A stretch of 64,000 bases of DNA. It comes from Eledone cirrhosa. Its lineage: Eukaryota. Of the stretch, positions 17,290 through 30,074 are shown in pieces. How positions within the stretch are numbered: the stretch's first letter is position 1; the number at the start of each line of letters is the position of its first letter. The position numbers were made by a program, and so were the translations under genes. The stretch covers positions 4,650,001-4,714,000 of the forward strand of contig OZ024749.1 in NCBI GenBank assembly GCA_964016885.1, given 5' to 3'. The notes under the pieces are model-generated. The model saw nothing but the letters and a program-made list of their open reading frames with translations. It made no database searches and was not told where the DNA came from.

Positions 17290-17899
17290 GTCAGGTCACC
17301 AGTTTGTGCTACTGGTAACATGTATCCCAGTACAACCTGTCTCATGGTCGGGTCGTTGGCGACTAAACTGGCAACCCCACCAAGGTTTCTTGGTGAGGAG
17401 GGTGACTTTGGACATCCTGCAGGACTAAAAACAAAGCCTGTCAAAGGGCAAAGGAGCTCTTAAGAGTCAATGGCCATCCAAAACCACCGGGAGAGATGAC
17501 CCCTTAGCCTTTGTCAAGGCAGAATTCTAGGAGAAGGAAAACTCTGATATAATACCTGCAACCCTGATGGTATCCAATGATGTTGACTTGTTCTTCTTTT
17601 TGGTAAATATCATCTTGGTTAAGAGAGTGGGACAGGCTTTGTGCAGTGCCTTTGCTCACTATAAAAGCTTCACGGCACAGGCATTGCTTTATATCTGGAG
17701 ATCTCTCTGCACTTGTCCTCACATGGTACCATGGGCCCAGCACTATGTGTCAATAATTGTCACAGGTGCAGTGTTTGTACCAGAGTTTTCAAGTCGCTGG
17801 CTGGACTAAAAAGTCACACTCGTTCAGCGCATCGGTAGGAGTTCTCCTACATGGATATAAAGTAGTGGCCGTACTCGAAAACGAGTTGGCAGCCACCAT
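17290..17899 (+). mobile_element. Family A bipartite RTE-derived non-autonomous retroposon, apparently full length (~610 bp)
   Basis: Same ends as the copy at 51510-52110. RTE-5'UTR-like segment CTAGGAGAAGGAAAACTCTGA, 3' C2H2 relic and terminal stem-loop; flanked by (TA)n. Confidence 0.85.
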
Positions 17900-17982
17900 A
17901 TGCATTATATATATATGTATACATATATGCATATGTATATGTATATATATATATGTATATGTATATATATGTATATGTATAT

Positions 17983-18016
<34 letters not shown>

Positions 18017-18080
18017 GCATATGTATATATATATATGTATATATATATGTAAGTATATGTATATATATATGTATATAAAT

Positions 18081-18275
18081 ATAGGAAAATGTTTAACCCC
18101 GACGCCACAGCTCAAGCCGTTTCACGGCTATCTCTGGACTAGTCCGGAAATAGCCGTCGAAATGGCTTCAGCTCTGCCGTCGGGGTTAAACATTTCTCTA
18201 TTAACCACTCTACTACCCTAAGTATTGAGTATTATGGTGCGTTATTGTCCATCTGGTTCCTTACCCCACCCCCTT
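18081..18275 (+). mobile_element. Fold-back palindromic pLTR element (family P) with the 3' half of a hammerhead
   Basis: Imperfect ~120-bp palindrome at 18081-18201 plus a unique tail; homologous to 33598-33790 and 47292-47457. Confidence 0.75.
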
Positions 18276-18277
18276 CG

Positions 18278-18329
<52 letters not shown>

Positions 18330-18477
18330 AATAGGATTTCGCTTCAAGCATAGCTTTATATAATATGTATAAATATTTCGTATCTCCAAATAAATACGGT
18401 TTTAGGAAGCCTTAGCTATGCAAACACCAGGGGACTAACACCCTCTGGTGATGTCCTGCAGAAGCAAGGGGGACAAA

Positions 18478-18517
18478 CGTCTATGCATTTCAAGCTTAAC
18501 TGGCCTTCGTCAGGACG
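18478..18517 (-). ncRNA. Minimal type-I hammerhead ribozyme, intact core
   Basis: CGUC-CUGACGA-AGGC(caguuaa)GCUU-GAAA-UGCA-UA^GACG. All core nucleotides present, stem I CGUC/GACG, palindromic AUGCAU stem III. Confidence 0.82.
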
Positions 18518-18812
18518 GTCACTCCCACCGCTGGCGACTGCTGGACTAGAAGACAGGCGAGAATATATTCTTTTCTCGTCTGTGTAAATGAGGTGATTAA
18601 TCACATTTTCATATGAAGCTGCATAAGTTGGCGCAACTTATAATAAAAAAGAAATAGGATCTCTCTTCAAGCATAGCTTCATACAATTTGTATAAATATT
18701 TCGTATCTCCAAAGAGATACGGTTTTAGGAAGACTTAGCTATGCGAACACCGGGTGACTTACGCCACCTGGTGATGTCTCCTAGTCCAGCAGTCGCAAAT
18801 GGTGTGAGGGAC

Positions 18813-18851
18813 GGTCCTGACAAAGGCCAGTTAAGCCTGAAATGCATAGAC
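18813..18851 (+). ncRNA. Minimal hammerhead ribozyme, G8>A mutant copy
   Basis: GGUC-CUGACAA-AGGC(caguuaa)GCCU-GAAA-UGCA-UA^GAC. Confidence 0.62.
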
Positions 18852-18972
18852 GCTTGTCCCCCTTGCTTCTGCTGTACATCACCAGAGGGCGTTTAACCCC
18901 CCCCCCCCCCCCAGTGTTTGCATAGCCACGGCTTCCTAAAACCGTATCTCTTTGGAGATACGAAATATTTAG

Positions 18973-19020
<48 letters not shown>

Positions 19021-19247
19021 ATGGATGTATATGCATATGTATATATATTAGAAAGTGAAGTCTCTTTACAAAATGAAAAAAAACGAGGTGTCCTACAGGA
19101 GTGAAAGTATAAGGAAAAAAGATGAAATCGAAAATGCAACTGGAGTCTTTTTTTATAAAATTATATTTATTTGGTTCCATTAAAGGTTTCGCATTTCTTC
19201 TGCTTTTCAAAAGTAGAGTTGAGATGGAGGATATGTTGTTTTTCTGA

Positions 19248-19373
19248 CATATATATATTTCTCACATATATATATATATATATATATATGATATATATAT
19301 ATATATATGATATATATATATATATATATATCATATATATATATATGATATATATATATATATATATATATAT

Positions 19374-19411
<38 letters not shown>

Positions 19412-19447
19412 ATATATATATATATATCATATATATATATATATATG

Positions 19448-19478
<31 letters not shown>

Positions 19479-19543
19479 ATATATATATATATATATATGA
19501 TATATATATATATATATATGATATATATATATATATATATATG

Positions 19544-19576
<33 letters not shown>

Positions 19577-20016
19577 GATATATATATATATATGATATAT
19601 ATATATATATATATATGATATATATATATATATATATATATCATATATATATATTTTATATATATGATATATATATATATATGATATATATATGATATAA
19701 ATATATATATATGATATATATATATATATATATATCATATATATATATTTTATATATATGATATAAATATATATATGATATATATATGATATAAATATAT
19801 ATATATGATATATATATGAAATATATATATATATATATATGATATATATATATATATATATATGATATATATATGATATATATATATATCATATATATAT
19901 ATATTTATATATATATATCATATATATATATATATGTGTGTGTGTGTAATTATGTATGTATATATATATATGGATATATATATATGTATGTATATATATA
20001 TATGGATATATATATG

Positions 20017-20053
<37 letters not shown>
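19248..20053. repeat. Compound (TA)n microsatellite with TGA/TCA interruptions
   Basis: Direct reading. Confidence 0.97.
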
Positions 20054-20056
<3 letters not shown>

Positions 20057-20374
20057 TATTTATGTACACATGCATTAATTTGTTACGTTTTCTCAAAATC
20101 TAACCCTTTTAGGTCTTCTGACGACAGCTAATATTGTATAGCAGTTCTCTAATTGCAAATCTCCTTCTTAATGTTATAAGATATTTTAAGAGTGCATTTA
20201 ATGGAATATCTCTCTGTATATATTCCATTTACTTGTAGATCGTACTCCTATACGTAACATGCCGACACAATGTTAATCCAATCATATGCTCAACATCTAT
20301 CATCGCTTGCTTAAGAAACCAAGAAATTAATTCTGCACTATCTCGTCACGTTGCATTCAACTTGAGTGGTGGGA

Positions 20375-20394
20375 ATATATATATATACATATAC

Positions 20395-20445
<51 letters not shown>

Positions 20446-20464
20446 TATATATATATACATACAC

Positions 20465-20509
<45 letters not shown>

Positions 20510-20513
20510 CACG

Positions 20514-20554
<41 letters not shown>

Positions 20555-20568
20555 GTATATATATACAC

Positions 20569-20622
<54 letters not shown>

Positions 20623-20638
20623 GAGTGTATATATATAT
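20375..20638. repeat. (TA)n microsatellite with ACACGT interruptions
   Basis: Direct reading. Confidence 0.95.
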
Positions 20639-20927
20639 TAGAGTGTGCCATAGAAAACAAGGTCACAATACTAACAGTCCCTGTTTATTTTCCCATTATA
20701 AATGCCCCATTTGTTAAAATAAAACATATGGTGTATTACATTTATTTTGATCCTTGTCGATATCATGGTGATTATAGTGGAAAGTGTGATTATGTTGCAT
20801 GAAATCATGTGAAACCAAATATGACCATACAATAATTGTCTATTTTATTAATCTATTATATTTAGTAAATCAGCTTTGAATATAAAGGCGTACAAGGAAG
20901 AAACAAGTTCAGTTAAGTTAACTCCAG

Positions 20928-21600
20928 TCATATTTTTTTCAGAGCATCTTTTTCGAAATCCGAGACGTTGCGACGATGAACTTCGACTACTTGAAGAACA
21001 CACTGCTTCTCCTCATTCTTGGTGATGGCAAGAAAATCAGGTATCAACTTGACTGCTCTCTCCACCAGATCGTTGATTACTTTGATATTGTGAACAACAG
21101 CACAGGCATTTTGATATGACACTTGTGATGACCAATTTGCAGGTGACAGCTCAAGCCAAGTATCATGGAGACCAAGGAGATCGAACAGAAACCTTGATTT
21201 CTTCCCAACTAGACGAGGCAGCTTCGTGGACGTCATCAACTCGGGAAATACTGGAGCACCACGGTCGAGAGGCCCAGACGTTTTCGTTTTGACAAGACGT
21301 TGGGCTATTTGTTTCTTCTCGGACTCTTGGACCCGACTTGAAAACATCCGTAGCGGAATGGCTTCTTCCGTCAGGTATCAAAGATGCCTGCTCAGAGCAG
21401 TAGTGGCTGCCTGCAAGAGATCTATGTCAACCTTACTGTGCTGTGTCAACTCCACGTAGAATTGAAGGTCATTGGATGGTGCATCCCTTTGTTGGTATTT
21501 TGTTTGATGAAAAGGGTGTAACATATTGCCCCAGGAGCCATATTTCTTGATCATCACAACGGAGCGAGTAGCTACAAATAGGCCCACTGGTTTCCGCCAT
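20928..21600 (-). mobile_element. Sola2-like DNA transposase C-terminal fragment
   Basis: APSNDL, RHL*YLTEEAIPL.MF (HLWYLxEE motif), VINDLVERAVKL (NDxAER catalytic E region) and QVVEVHRR are typical of Sola2 transposases. Confidence 0.78.
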
Positions 21601-21769
21601 TATGTTGCCCATTTGCAAGGCTTAAATTAGTCTGAAATAATCAAAACAACATTACAAATTGATAATATCCAAAATGGCATGAGAAAATGTATAGGGAGCT
21701 AAGACAAATACACTTTTGTGTAAAATGTGGGATTCTGAACGCCCTAATATATATATATCATAGTTAGAA

Positions 21770-22010
21770 ACTGAAAATAGTATTTTACAAATAAATAGCT
21801 CAAGGAAGGGAATCTTTCCGAGCCGTGTAATATAACTGAATATATGAGAGCAATGAACACCGATACAAGTATACATGTGTTCCAATTGTAAATTACCAAG
21901 TTAGCTAGGTTGAAAAAATATACTAATTTAGTATTTAGCTAACTTGGACATTTGCAATTCGAACACATGTATACTTGTATCGGTGTTCATCCCTCTCATA
22001 TATTCAATTA
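21770..22010. repeat. Inverted-repeat element (~75-bp arms); related copy at 44936-45090
   Basis: atatgagagcaatgaacaccgatacaagtatacatgtgttc pairs with gaacacatgtatacttgtatcggtgttcatccctctcatat; the left flank aligns with 44936-45055. Confidence 0.8.
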
Positions 22011-22039
22011 TATATATACATTTATATACATACATTTAT

Positions 22040-23010
22040 ATAATTCGCTTTTGAATTTGTTTTGCGAGATTTCTTATTTGAAAACGTGTGCTGAAACAGA
22101 TATTGTTATACTTTGGGCGGGTCAGGTTGTCAATGAATACACACGCACCTGATAGTTTCACTGAAATTTATTATAAGTTTCCGGTTGTTTGGTTGGTTCG
22201 GTAACCGGATGTTTGTTTATATATTGTCAAAGCTCGTCGTCACACATTCTGTGACCTCCTCAGTGACTAAGCTTTTATTTTGTGTGTCTCTCCTTTTTTC
22301 TGTTCTACATCATCTTGTTTTTGTGTATTGTGTGTTATGTGCTTAGTTTGCGCATGTGTTATATCCGGGGGGTGGGGGTGGGGGGGGGGGCATTTTTATT
22401 TATTTATATATGTATTTATTTACTTGTTGTCTCCTCTACAGAATAGAGAACAATACAGAACACGCATATCTTTCTCTCTCTCTCTCTATCTCTCTCTCTC
22501 TCTGATTTGTTTTGTTAGTTTGGTTTTGTATGTGTTTGTATGTCTTCATTTTGTCCTTAACTACTAGTTGTGAAGTTGCTATTCCACTCATGTACTCTGT
22601 TTAATTTGAGTTTGAGTTCTTTTATGTTTGTTGCCTCTGTGATTTGTCTGACCATTGCATCTTTTCTGTGTGTGGATATAATTTTTATATCTATGTTCTC
22701 TAATTTGCCCCTGTGTTCTATTTTCGCATGTTGGTAGAGTACTGATGAGTTTTTTCCATCCTCGAGTTCGCGCCAGTGTTCACTTATCCTTTCTCCTCTG
22801 CTACGGGTTGTTTCACCTATGTATGTTATATTCTTATTCCTACAATGTCGCTCCGTACATACTGCGTTCCTATTTTGCAGCAAATTTGCGGTCTTAGCTT
22901 GTAGACAATGCATTCTCTTTCAGCACAGGAGGATCTTTGAAATGGATATGTATTGCTGATTAGGTATACCCAAATACCTGTTCTTTCAACTATCTTAATA
23001 TATAATTTGA
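22040..23010 (-). mobile_element. Naiad-like PLE 3' fragment: GIY-YIG endonuclease plus downstream pLTR
   Basis: KIVERTG...YPFQRSSCAERECIV, then YIGETTRSRGERISEH...LYQH...RQITEA..I...LNRVHEW (ORF 22557-22913). Downstream pLTR with a degenerate hammerhead at 22226-22268 on the same strand. Confidence 0.8.
22226..22268 (-). ncRNA. Degenerate hammerhead (homologue of 7347-7391)
   Basis: AGUCA-CUGAGGA-G-GUCACA(gaaug)UGUGAC-GAC-gagc-UU-UGAC; GAAA box damaged. Confidence 0.55.
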
Positions 23011-23172
23011 GCGTGTCTAGGGACTTCTAGGGTATTTGGAGGTCATAGGTTCGGCATAATGCGAATGAAGTATTTGCGTCCTATTACTAATAGTTTCCAA
23101 CCAGAGGTCCAGTTGTCGAAACGGCCGCAGCTCAGCCGCCGTGGTCCTCTCGCTTGTCCTCTATATATTTAC

Positions 23173-23220
<48 letters not shown>

Positions 23221-23339
23221 TGTTTCTACTTTTGGCACAAGGCCAGCAATAGTTTTCAACCAGAGTTCCAGTTGTCGAAACGGCCGGAGCTCAGCCGCCG
23301 GGGTCCTGACGCTTTTCCTATATATATTTACATATTTTT

Positions 23340-23632
23340 CTAAGGCGGGTAACATTCCCGAAATCCATGGACGAATTCTCTTCAGCGGTCTCTGTCCCTC
23401 ATTACCGCTGCCATATCTTGTGTATCCAACAGACCAGTGTCTGTCCTTAGGGCATCATCATACGTTAACCATGGTCTTCCAGTGTATCCATGTAGGGCCT
23501 CCCTCAGGATCCCTGAGTACAATGTCAACTCTCTATGTCGGTGAGCATGTCCAGCTAACCTCAGTCTCTTCTGTGTCACTTTTGAGCTGACTTTTGGGAG
23601 GCTCCCATACAGCTCTGAGTTTTCCATCCTCA
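23340..23632 (-). mobile_element. RTE-type LINE 3' end (second family); sister copy at 52209-52365
   Basis: RLRLAGHAHRH...GRPWLTYDDALRTDTG...MRDRDR. Confidence 0.85.
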
Positions 23633-23697
23633 GTGTATACTATATATTTACATATATATTTACACACGCACACACATACACACACACACACATACAC

Positions 23698-23774
<77 letters not shown>

Positions 23775-23777
<3 letters not shown>

Positions 23778-25727
23778 GCAGAAGTACCCCGCGTTGCTCG
23801 GGTATTAAATACCAGTTATGTATACCAGTTATGTCAATACTTCAGTGCTGCTTCGAAAACTATACTTTTACGAAATCATTGGCTTTTTCCAAAACGGGGT
23901 TCCTGCCCCCAGGGGCCCCCTACTCAATATGTGCCAATTCTGAGAGTTCACATTTATTTGTAGAACATACGTAGCTCATGTGTCAAGTTTTATGAAAATC
24001 GGTTGCGAACTCAAGAAGTTATGACGTTTTGTTGCATTGCACTGCAGTGGTTCAGTCGACTCCAAGGTTGAGTTAAAAGGGGTTATCTCCCGGGAGGCCC
24101 TATAATCAATATCTGGAAAATAAATACTACACTATTTACTTATACTATTTTAAGACAAAGTTAAAATCCCGTCGAGGTTAACTTTGCCTTTCATCCATAC
24201 GGGTCGATAAAATAAAGTACCAGTAATTTACTGGGTATTTGCTGGCCTTGTGCCAAAAGTAGAAACAACTATTTTAATAACCTCTGTCATTTTCGTTTAC
24301 AATTTTATTTACATCATTCTTAAACTCCGGAGCTGGAAATCATTCGGTTATTTTAAATAGAATATTAGTCTAACGACTCCATTTATACCATAAACTTGGT
24401 CTTGTCTTTGTATGAAATTGTTCTTCTCGGTCCACATAACGACGTATTATCATCGCTTTTTTTCCGTTCATTACCAGGGAATGTCTTCACGAACCAAAAT
24501 ATCGTCTTCCTGTTTTGCTTCGGTTGCAACGCTTCTCGAAATATTTAATTCTGCGTTCACATATTGATTTTTTTAGTTTCAGAAGATCCCGTTAATGTTG
24601 AAATCAGTGATTCTTTGCTTAAACTTTCTTTCTTTCTCAAACCCTCTCCCTTTTTTCTCCTAGCCTCTCTCTCTCTGTCACTCATACCCCCTCTCTCTCT
24701 CTTCCTCTACAGGAGGGAGAACAATGAAGAAACGCGCATATCTCACTCTCTCTCTCTCTCTCTCTCTTTATATATATATATGTGTTTGTGTGTGTGTATG
24801 AACCAGCGTTCGTCGCCATTCTCTCTCTGATTATCTTGTACCTCTTTCTGTATAACGACCTATCTCACTCTCTCTCTCTCTCTCTACATCTCCCTTTCTC
24901 TCTTTAGATGTATATGTATATGTGTGTGTATGATAGATATATATATAGAGAGAGAGAGTTGCAACATGTATGTAGTTTCATAAATTGTTTAGGGTAGTGA
25001 GAATGAAAATATAAACAGAGCATATAAATAAAATTACAGTAGAATAACATAAAAAATATGCTTTGAATATATACATAATAACATTACAAATGCCTCGGTA
25101 ACACTACAGAGTATGATACAATGAAAGATATATTCCTTTAATGCTACAATATTAAAGAAAATGTGAAGGAAGGGGTGAACTATGGAGCCAACACCAGAGC
25201 AAAAGACAGCAATATCGCGAGTACTGGGAAACCTCTCTAATGATTTTTGAGGCACGCCAGCACACTCGCAGCGTTGCCTCGGGTGATGGCGCGGCTGATG
25301 CGCTGAAATATTGTTTTACAAGACTTTTTTAATGGAAATGAAGCAAAATGGAAGTTTAATGTTGAAACTTCGAATTCATGAAGTTTGCAGGTTAAAATGT
25401 TGCTGGCTCGAAAACTATTCGCGTATTTTTGTACTTTTGCACGTTTATTCGTAACGTAAATAGATAAACATGTGACGCAATAAAAGGGAAATAACTCGTC
25501 TCTCATCTATATTTATACATTTGAACTGAAAAATCAATACATTACAAATTCGATTTTTGCACTTGGCGTGGGTCGATTTGAAAATGTTTAACCGTATTCT
25601 CCGCCGGACCTTCATCTATAAGTGTAGCAATTTCACCAAAATTTTAACGTAAGGTTTAGGAGGAGATGTGTGCCGACCGTTTTAGTAGACATACAGACAG
25701 ACAACCTCAGTTTTATATATATATAGA
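23775..25727 (-). mobile_element. Non-autonomous Helitron
   Basis: On the - strand: A|TCtatatatatataaaactgagg at the 5' end, (CTGT)n near the 5' end, subterminal hairpin CCCGAGCAACGCGGG, then CTAG|T at the 3' end. Inserted in an AT dinucleotide without TSD. Confidence 0.72.
24163..24268 (+). mobile_element. tRNA-derived SINE (Meta-domain-like) fragment nested in the Helitron
   Basis: aaatcccgtcgaggttaactttgcctttcatcc..gggtcgataaaataaagtaccag...gctggccttgtgccaaaagtagaaacaa. Confidence 0.85.
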
Positions 25728-25756
25728 TAATAAATAATAATAATAATAATAATAAT

Positions 25757-25930
25757 AATTGTTTCTACTTTAGTCACAAGGCCAGCAATTATCACAGTGT
25801 ATTACTGGTACTTTATTTTATCGACCCCGTAAGGATGAAGGGCAAAGTCAACCTCGGCGGGATTTGAACTCAGAACGTAAAGGGACGTAACTATGCTGGA
25901 AAGCATGGCGTCCGACCCTCTACCGATACT
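25757..25930 (-). mobile_element. tRNA-derived SINE (Meta-domain-like)
   Basis: B box GTTCAAATCC, core GCCCTTCATCCTTACGGGGTCGATAAA, (TTA)n tail; homologous to 62494-62684. Confidence 0.88.
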
Positions 25931-27019
25931 AGTTAACTAATAATAATGATAATAATTGTTTCTACTTTTGGCACAATGCCATCAATTATCTCAGTGTATT
26001 ACGGGTACTTTGCACTGGGATAATTGCTGGCTAAAAGTAGAAACAATTATAATTATAATAATATTATAATATATATATATGGGGGGGGGGGGTCGCTGTG
26101 TGATATGGAAAATATGCTACTATTCATATTCGTACAATCAAATATAGAATGACATCGTCCTTGTTTGTACATTGGTTCATTTTACCACACCTGTAAAGTG
26201 ACTTTCACTATGAAACATTATTTATAGAAATATTTAGATTTTAATTTTAGTTTATAGTACATAGCTGGAAATTTCAAAAACTACAATTTTACTCAACACG
26301 TTGAGAGGTATGTGTGTGAATGTGTGTATGTATGTGTGTGTATGTGTGTGTGCGTGTGTGTATGTGCATATGCATGTATTTATATGTATGAGTATATAAA
26401 TATAAACGCGCAAACAGAGACACAGTTGCAAAAATATATACACACAAATACATATACATTCACACAGACACACTCTTATATTTACATAAACACACATACA
26501 TACTCGCTGACACAAACAGATACATACATTCACACACATCGTAGGCAATGGATGACCAGCCGTTGCTGTGCTATAGTTTTCTCACCATCCCCTTTCTTCC
26601 ACAATCTGTGTGAGACGGACGGAAGTCGCTCAAGTTTATAGATAATGTGTCCCAGCCTTTTTATAAAGTGAAATTATATCGAGCATGATCTATGAAGAAA
26701 CATACGTGAGAATAAATATTCAGGCGATCTCCCACGTCAAATTATATATAAATGTTACTGTGTCTGTGGATCAGCGTTGTTCAACGACATATGTTGAGTC
26801 CCAGTGGTTCAATTATAATGCTATCATGTGACTTAGTATTTTACAAACCAGTGTATCTATAAGCTAAGTGACTGAGAATTCTACAAACCTGTGTATATAT
26901 ATAACGTAATTCCCAAGGAGATTCAACATGACACAGTGTCCGACCTGACTGCCTCGTTAAATTGTTGATACAATCCGTCTTCTTTTGAGGCGGAAGTGTC
27001 TCAACATTCCACAGACAAA

Positions 27020-27305
27020 TCTTCTTCTTCTTCTTCTTATTATTATTATTATTCTTCTTCTTCTTCTTCTTCGTCCACTCATCCCTGAGAGGGTCATGGG
27101 GTCAGAGATCTCAAATACTCCTTCCAGCGGGTCCTGTCAGAAGCAACCGTCTCCAACTGTCCCCAAACGAGAGCAGCCAAGCTCATCGATGTTATCCAAC
27201 AATCATGCTCAGTGTCTATCTTTAGGCCTCTTTCCGGTTGGTTTTGCCCATAAAATCTGTCCAGCGATTTTTTTCCTGAGACATTGTAACCACATGTCCA
27301 TTTAA
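27020..27305 (-). mobile_element. RTE-like LINE 3' end with (GAA)n tail
   Basis: Minus translation GHVVTMSQEKIAGQILWAKPTGKRPKDR resembles an RTE ORF C-terminus, followed by GAA repeats. Confidence 0.55.
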
Positions 27306-27518
27306 CATAATTGTCAATGGTATTCGACCTGGCACAGCTTAAGACATGTTTTAACCTTCGACTTACAAGTACACATGATTTAAAACAGTTTCCGCATTAG
27401 AAAGGCCATTATTAACACTTTAAGGCACACGAAACAACAAACATTTGCCAGTAGAACCTATCGAACGTGGTTCTCTTCCCAACTGTCCAATTAATTCCTA
27501 TGTCGGTCATTTCATCGA

Positions 27519-27790
27519 CGGAGCGTGGCTTAATGGTTAAGTAGAAAGCTTAGCAATCAATGTGCCGTGCGTTTGATCGCATTGTCAGGCATGTTGGGCA
27601 AGAATAATTTACCATAGAGTCGGACCAACTCATAACTTGAACGTGGAATCGCGCAGACGGAAACTGTGGGGATCCCCGTTTGGTACCTGTAATTAAACGG
27701 GTGAACCTTAACACACATACTATGTTACTCTAAATCTCGCTGAAAATTATATTAATTTTACACGTGTTTTGGGAATGCTTAAGGAAAATT
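27519..27790 (+). mobile_element. Old tRNA-derived CORE-type SINE
   Basis: A-box-like GCGTGGCTTAATGGTTAAG; 3' part is similar to 41188-41494. Confidence 0.55.
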
Positions 27791-29808
27791 TCGAAAATTG
27801 TTGCCCAGCCATTTTATGATGTTGAATTATCTCGTGTATGATATATGAACAAACATACGTAAGAATAAATATTCAGGTGAACATCCACGGTAAATTATAC
27901 ATAAATATATGTGTGCTTGTGGAATCGTGCAGACGGCATATGTATGGGATTTAAGTGGCCAACGTTTTCACATATATTATGTTAGACTAAATCTCCCTGA
28001 AAATTATATAAAGGGTTCACTTTTTTCTGGAATACACATCCATTAGTTTTATGAGAAGGCCGTTTCACATATAGAAAAAGTGAAACCTTCACAGTAGAAA
28101 CTGACGGAGGCTCATTGGATATGTTTTCCAATGATTTCCCCACTTCATATCACCGTAGATTCTCAACGCTTCAACAACGAAGTCGAAACAATCATTTCCA
28201 TAGCATGTGTCAGGTGTTTTCATGGAATTTGGGGCGCCAATATATAGCAATAAATCATGGCATATCGATAACATTAAATCAAGTAGATCGCCATTTGGAA
28301 TGGTCCATTCCCTCAGCAATATGCTTTCAGGAAATTGTATTTGCTCATATGAAACCTGCAACCACACAATACCTATACAATTTCTATACAACCTTATAAT
28401 CACCGTCTTACATTTGGCCATATTGAATTATTTTAATATCCTTCTGCTGCCGTTCATTCTTCTTCTTCTTCTTCTTCTTTACTTCTTTTTCTTTTTCTTT
28501 TTCTTTTTCTTATTCTTATTCTTCTTCTTCTTCACTTTTGTCATTGTTTCATCTTCTGCGACCTGTTTAAACAATACCAACTAGTCGCACATCCGGTCCT
28601 CCCCTTTCTCATATCTCCCCCTCCTCCTTCTCCTTCCCTCAACCATATGTACCTTTCCCTCTATCTCTGGCTTATTCTCTCTTTCTCTACATACACATGT
28701 TAATGTCTGTCCATGTGTATGTATATATGTTTGTGTGTGTGCGAATGTGTATTCGTGTATGTATGTGTGTGCGTGTTTTTTGTATTTGTAAATGAGTTAT
28801 ATATCTGTGTGGGGGAGGGGAGCCGTTGAAATGGCTTGAGATCTGCCGTCGGGGTCTAACATTTTCCCTATACATAAATATATATATACTATGAATATGT
28901 GAGTTTGTATATGTATGTGTATAAATGTATGTGTGTGTGTGAGTATATACGAACTCACACACAGCCTCAAGAACATTTATCCATATACATATACATACGT
29001 GTGTATATGTGTGTACATGAGTGTGTGTGTGTGTGTTTGTCTATGTGTGCTTGGGCCTTAGATTCACTTCATTAATTATGTTTAAATATTACTCACTTTG
29101 CTTTTTCTCATTTGCATTATTTCTATTTTCGTTTGTGTTCCTTGTTGAATATTAATACCAACAGGATTATTATATCAACAATATTTAGCATCTTGATAAG
29201 AGAAACCTGATACGATCGCTATCAACTCATATATCAAGACACATAGAATACAATCCTGACCAAAAATGGAGATAGGATATGACACGTTCTGTACATTGTG
29301 ATTACATTACAAATAAGGCGATGGAGTAGCAGAACCATCGAACATAGGACAGTACAAATTGTTGTATTTGTTCCGGGGCTTTATCTTCCGTGAGTTCAAA
29401 TCCCGCCGAAGTAATATTTACCTTTTTTCCTCGTTTCGGTTGTAAATAAAAGAAATTACCACACAAATGCCTTGTGGTAATTCTTTGGAGTTATTTCGCC
29501 CTCTGTTCAAATCCCGACCATGTTAAATTTGTCTTTTGTTCTCTTCAGACCTGTCAACTATCCCCGTTTGACCAGGAAATGTCCCGCCCACTTTGGGGTG
29601 GGTGAGAGTTGTCTTCTCTTGTGAAAATGGGTATAGCTTTCATTATGTGAAATCTCCCCATGTTGCCTCATTTCACCCCGTTTTGAGACACTTTCTATCA
29701 TGGTACTCCCTGTTTGGGTTTTTAGAGGTTGGCAGGTTTGTCTTTTGGCAATTGATAAAATACATCGATTGCAGTTACGTTGGGGTGGGGTGACGAATTC
29801 TCATAATT

Positions 29809-30074
29809 GGTATTGAGATATATTGCAGTATTTGTACCGGCCCTCTCTACTCTGAAATAACTGGTGTTGCGATATATTGCAGTATTTATACCAGCTCTCT
29901 CTGCTCTGCCAATAACAGGTGTTGAGATATATTGCAGTATTTGTACCAGCTCTCTCTACTCTGCCAATAACTTGTGTTGAGATATATTGCAGTATTTGTA
30001 CCAGCTCTCTCTACTCTGCCAATAACTGGTATTGAGATTTATTGCGGTATGTGTACCGCCTCTCTCTGCTCTGC
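29809..30074. repeat. Minisatellite, ~55-bp unit x ~4.9
   Basis: Unit (t)ggtgttgagatatattgcagtatttgtaccagctctctctactctgccaataac repeated head-to-tail with no spacers. Confidence 0.93.

Larger units (their letters stand above)
18324..18972. mobile_element. ORF-less PLE pLTR array: two tandem copies (-) plus one inverted copy (+)
   Basis: 18324-18455 is repeated directly at 18647-18778, and 18781-18970 is the reverse complement of 18370-18548. Hammerheads at 18478-18517 (-) and 18813-18851 (+). Flanked by (TA)n on both sides. Confidence 0.82.

Noticed and set aside
22557-23010. Selenocysteine recoding, as reported for some Naiad PLEs
   Set aside because: No in-frame TGA at the recognisable conserved Cys positions in this fragment or in ORF 60108-61040.
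29809-30074. Regular repeats resembling a CRISPR array
   Set aside because: Units are contiguous with no unique spacers, there are no cas genes and the context is eukaryotic; it is a minisatellite.
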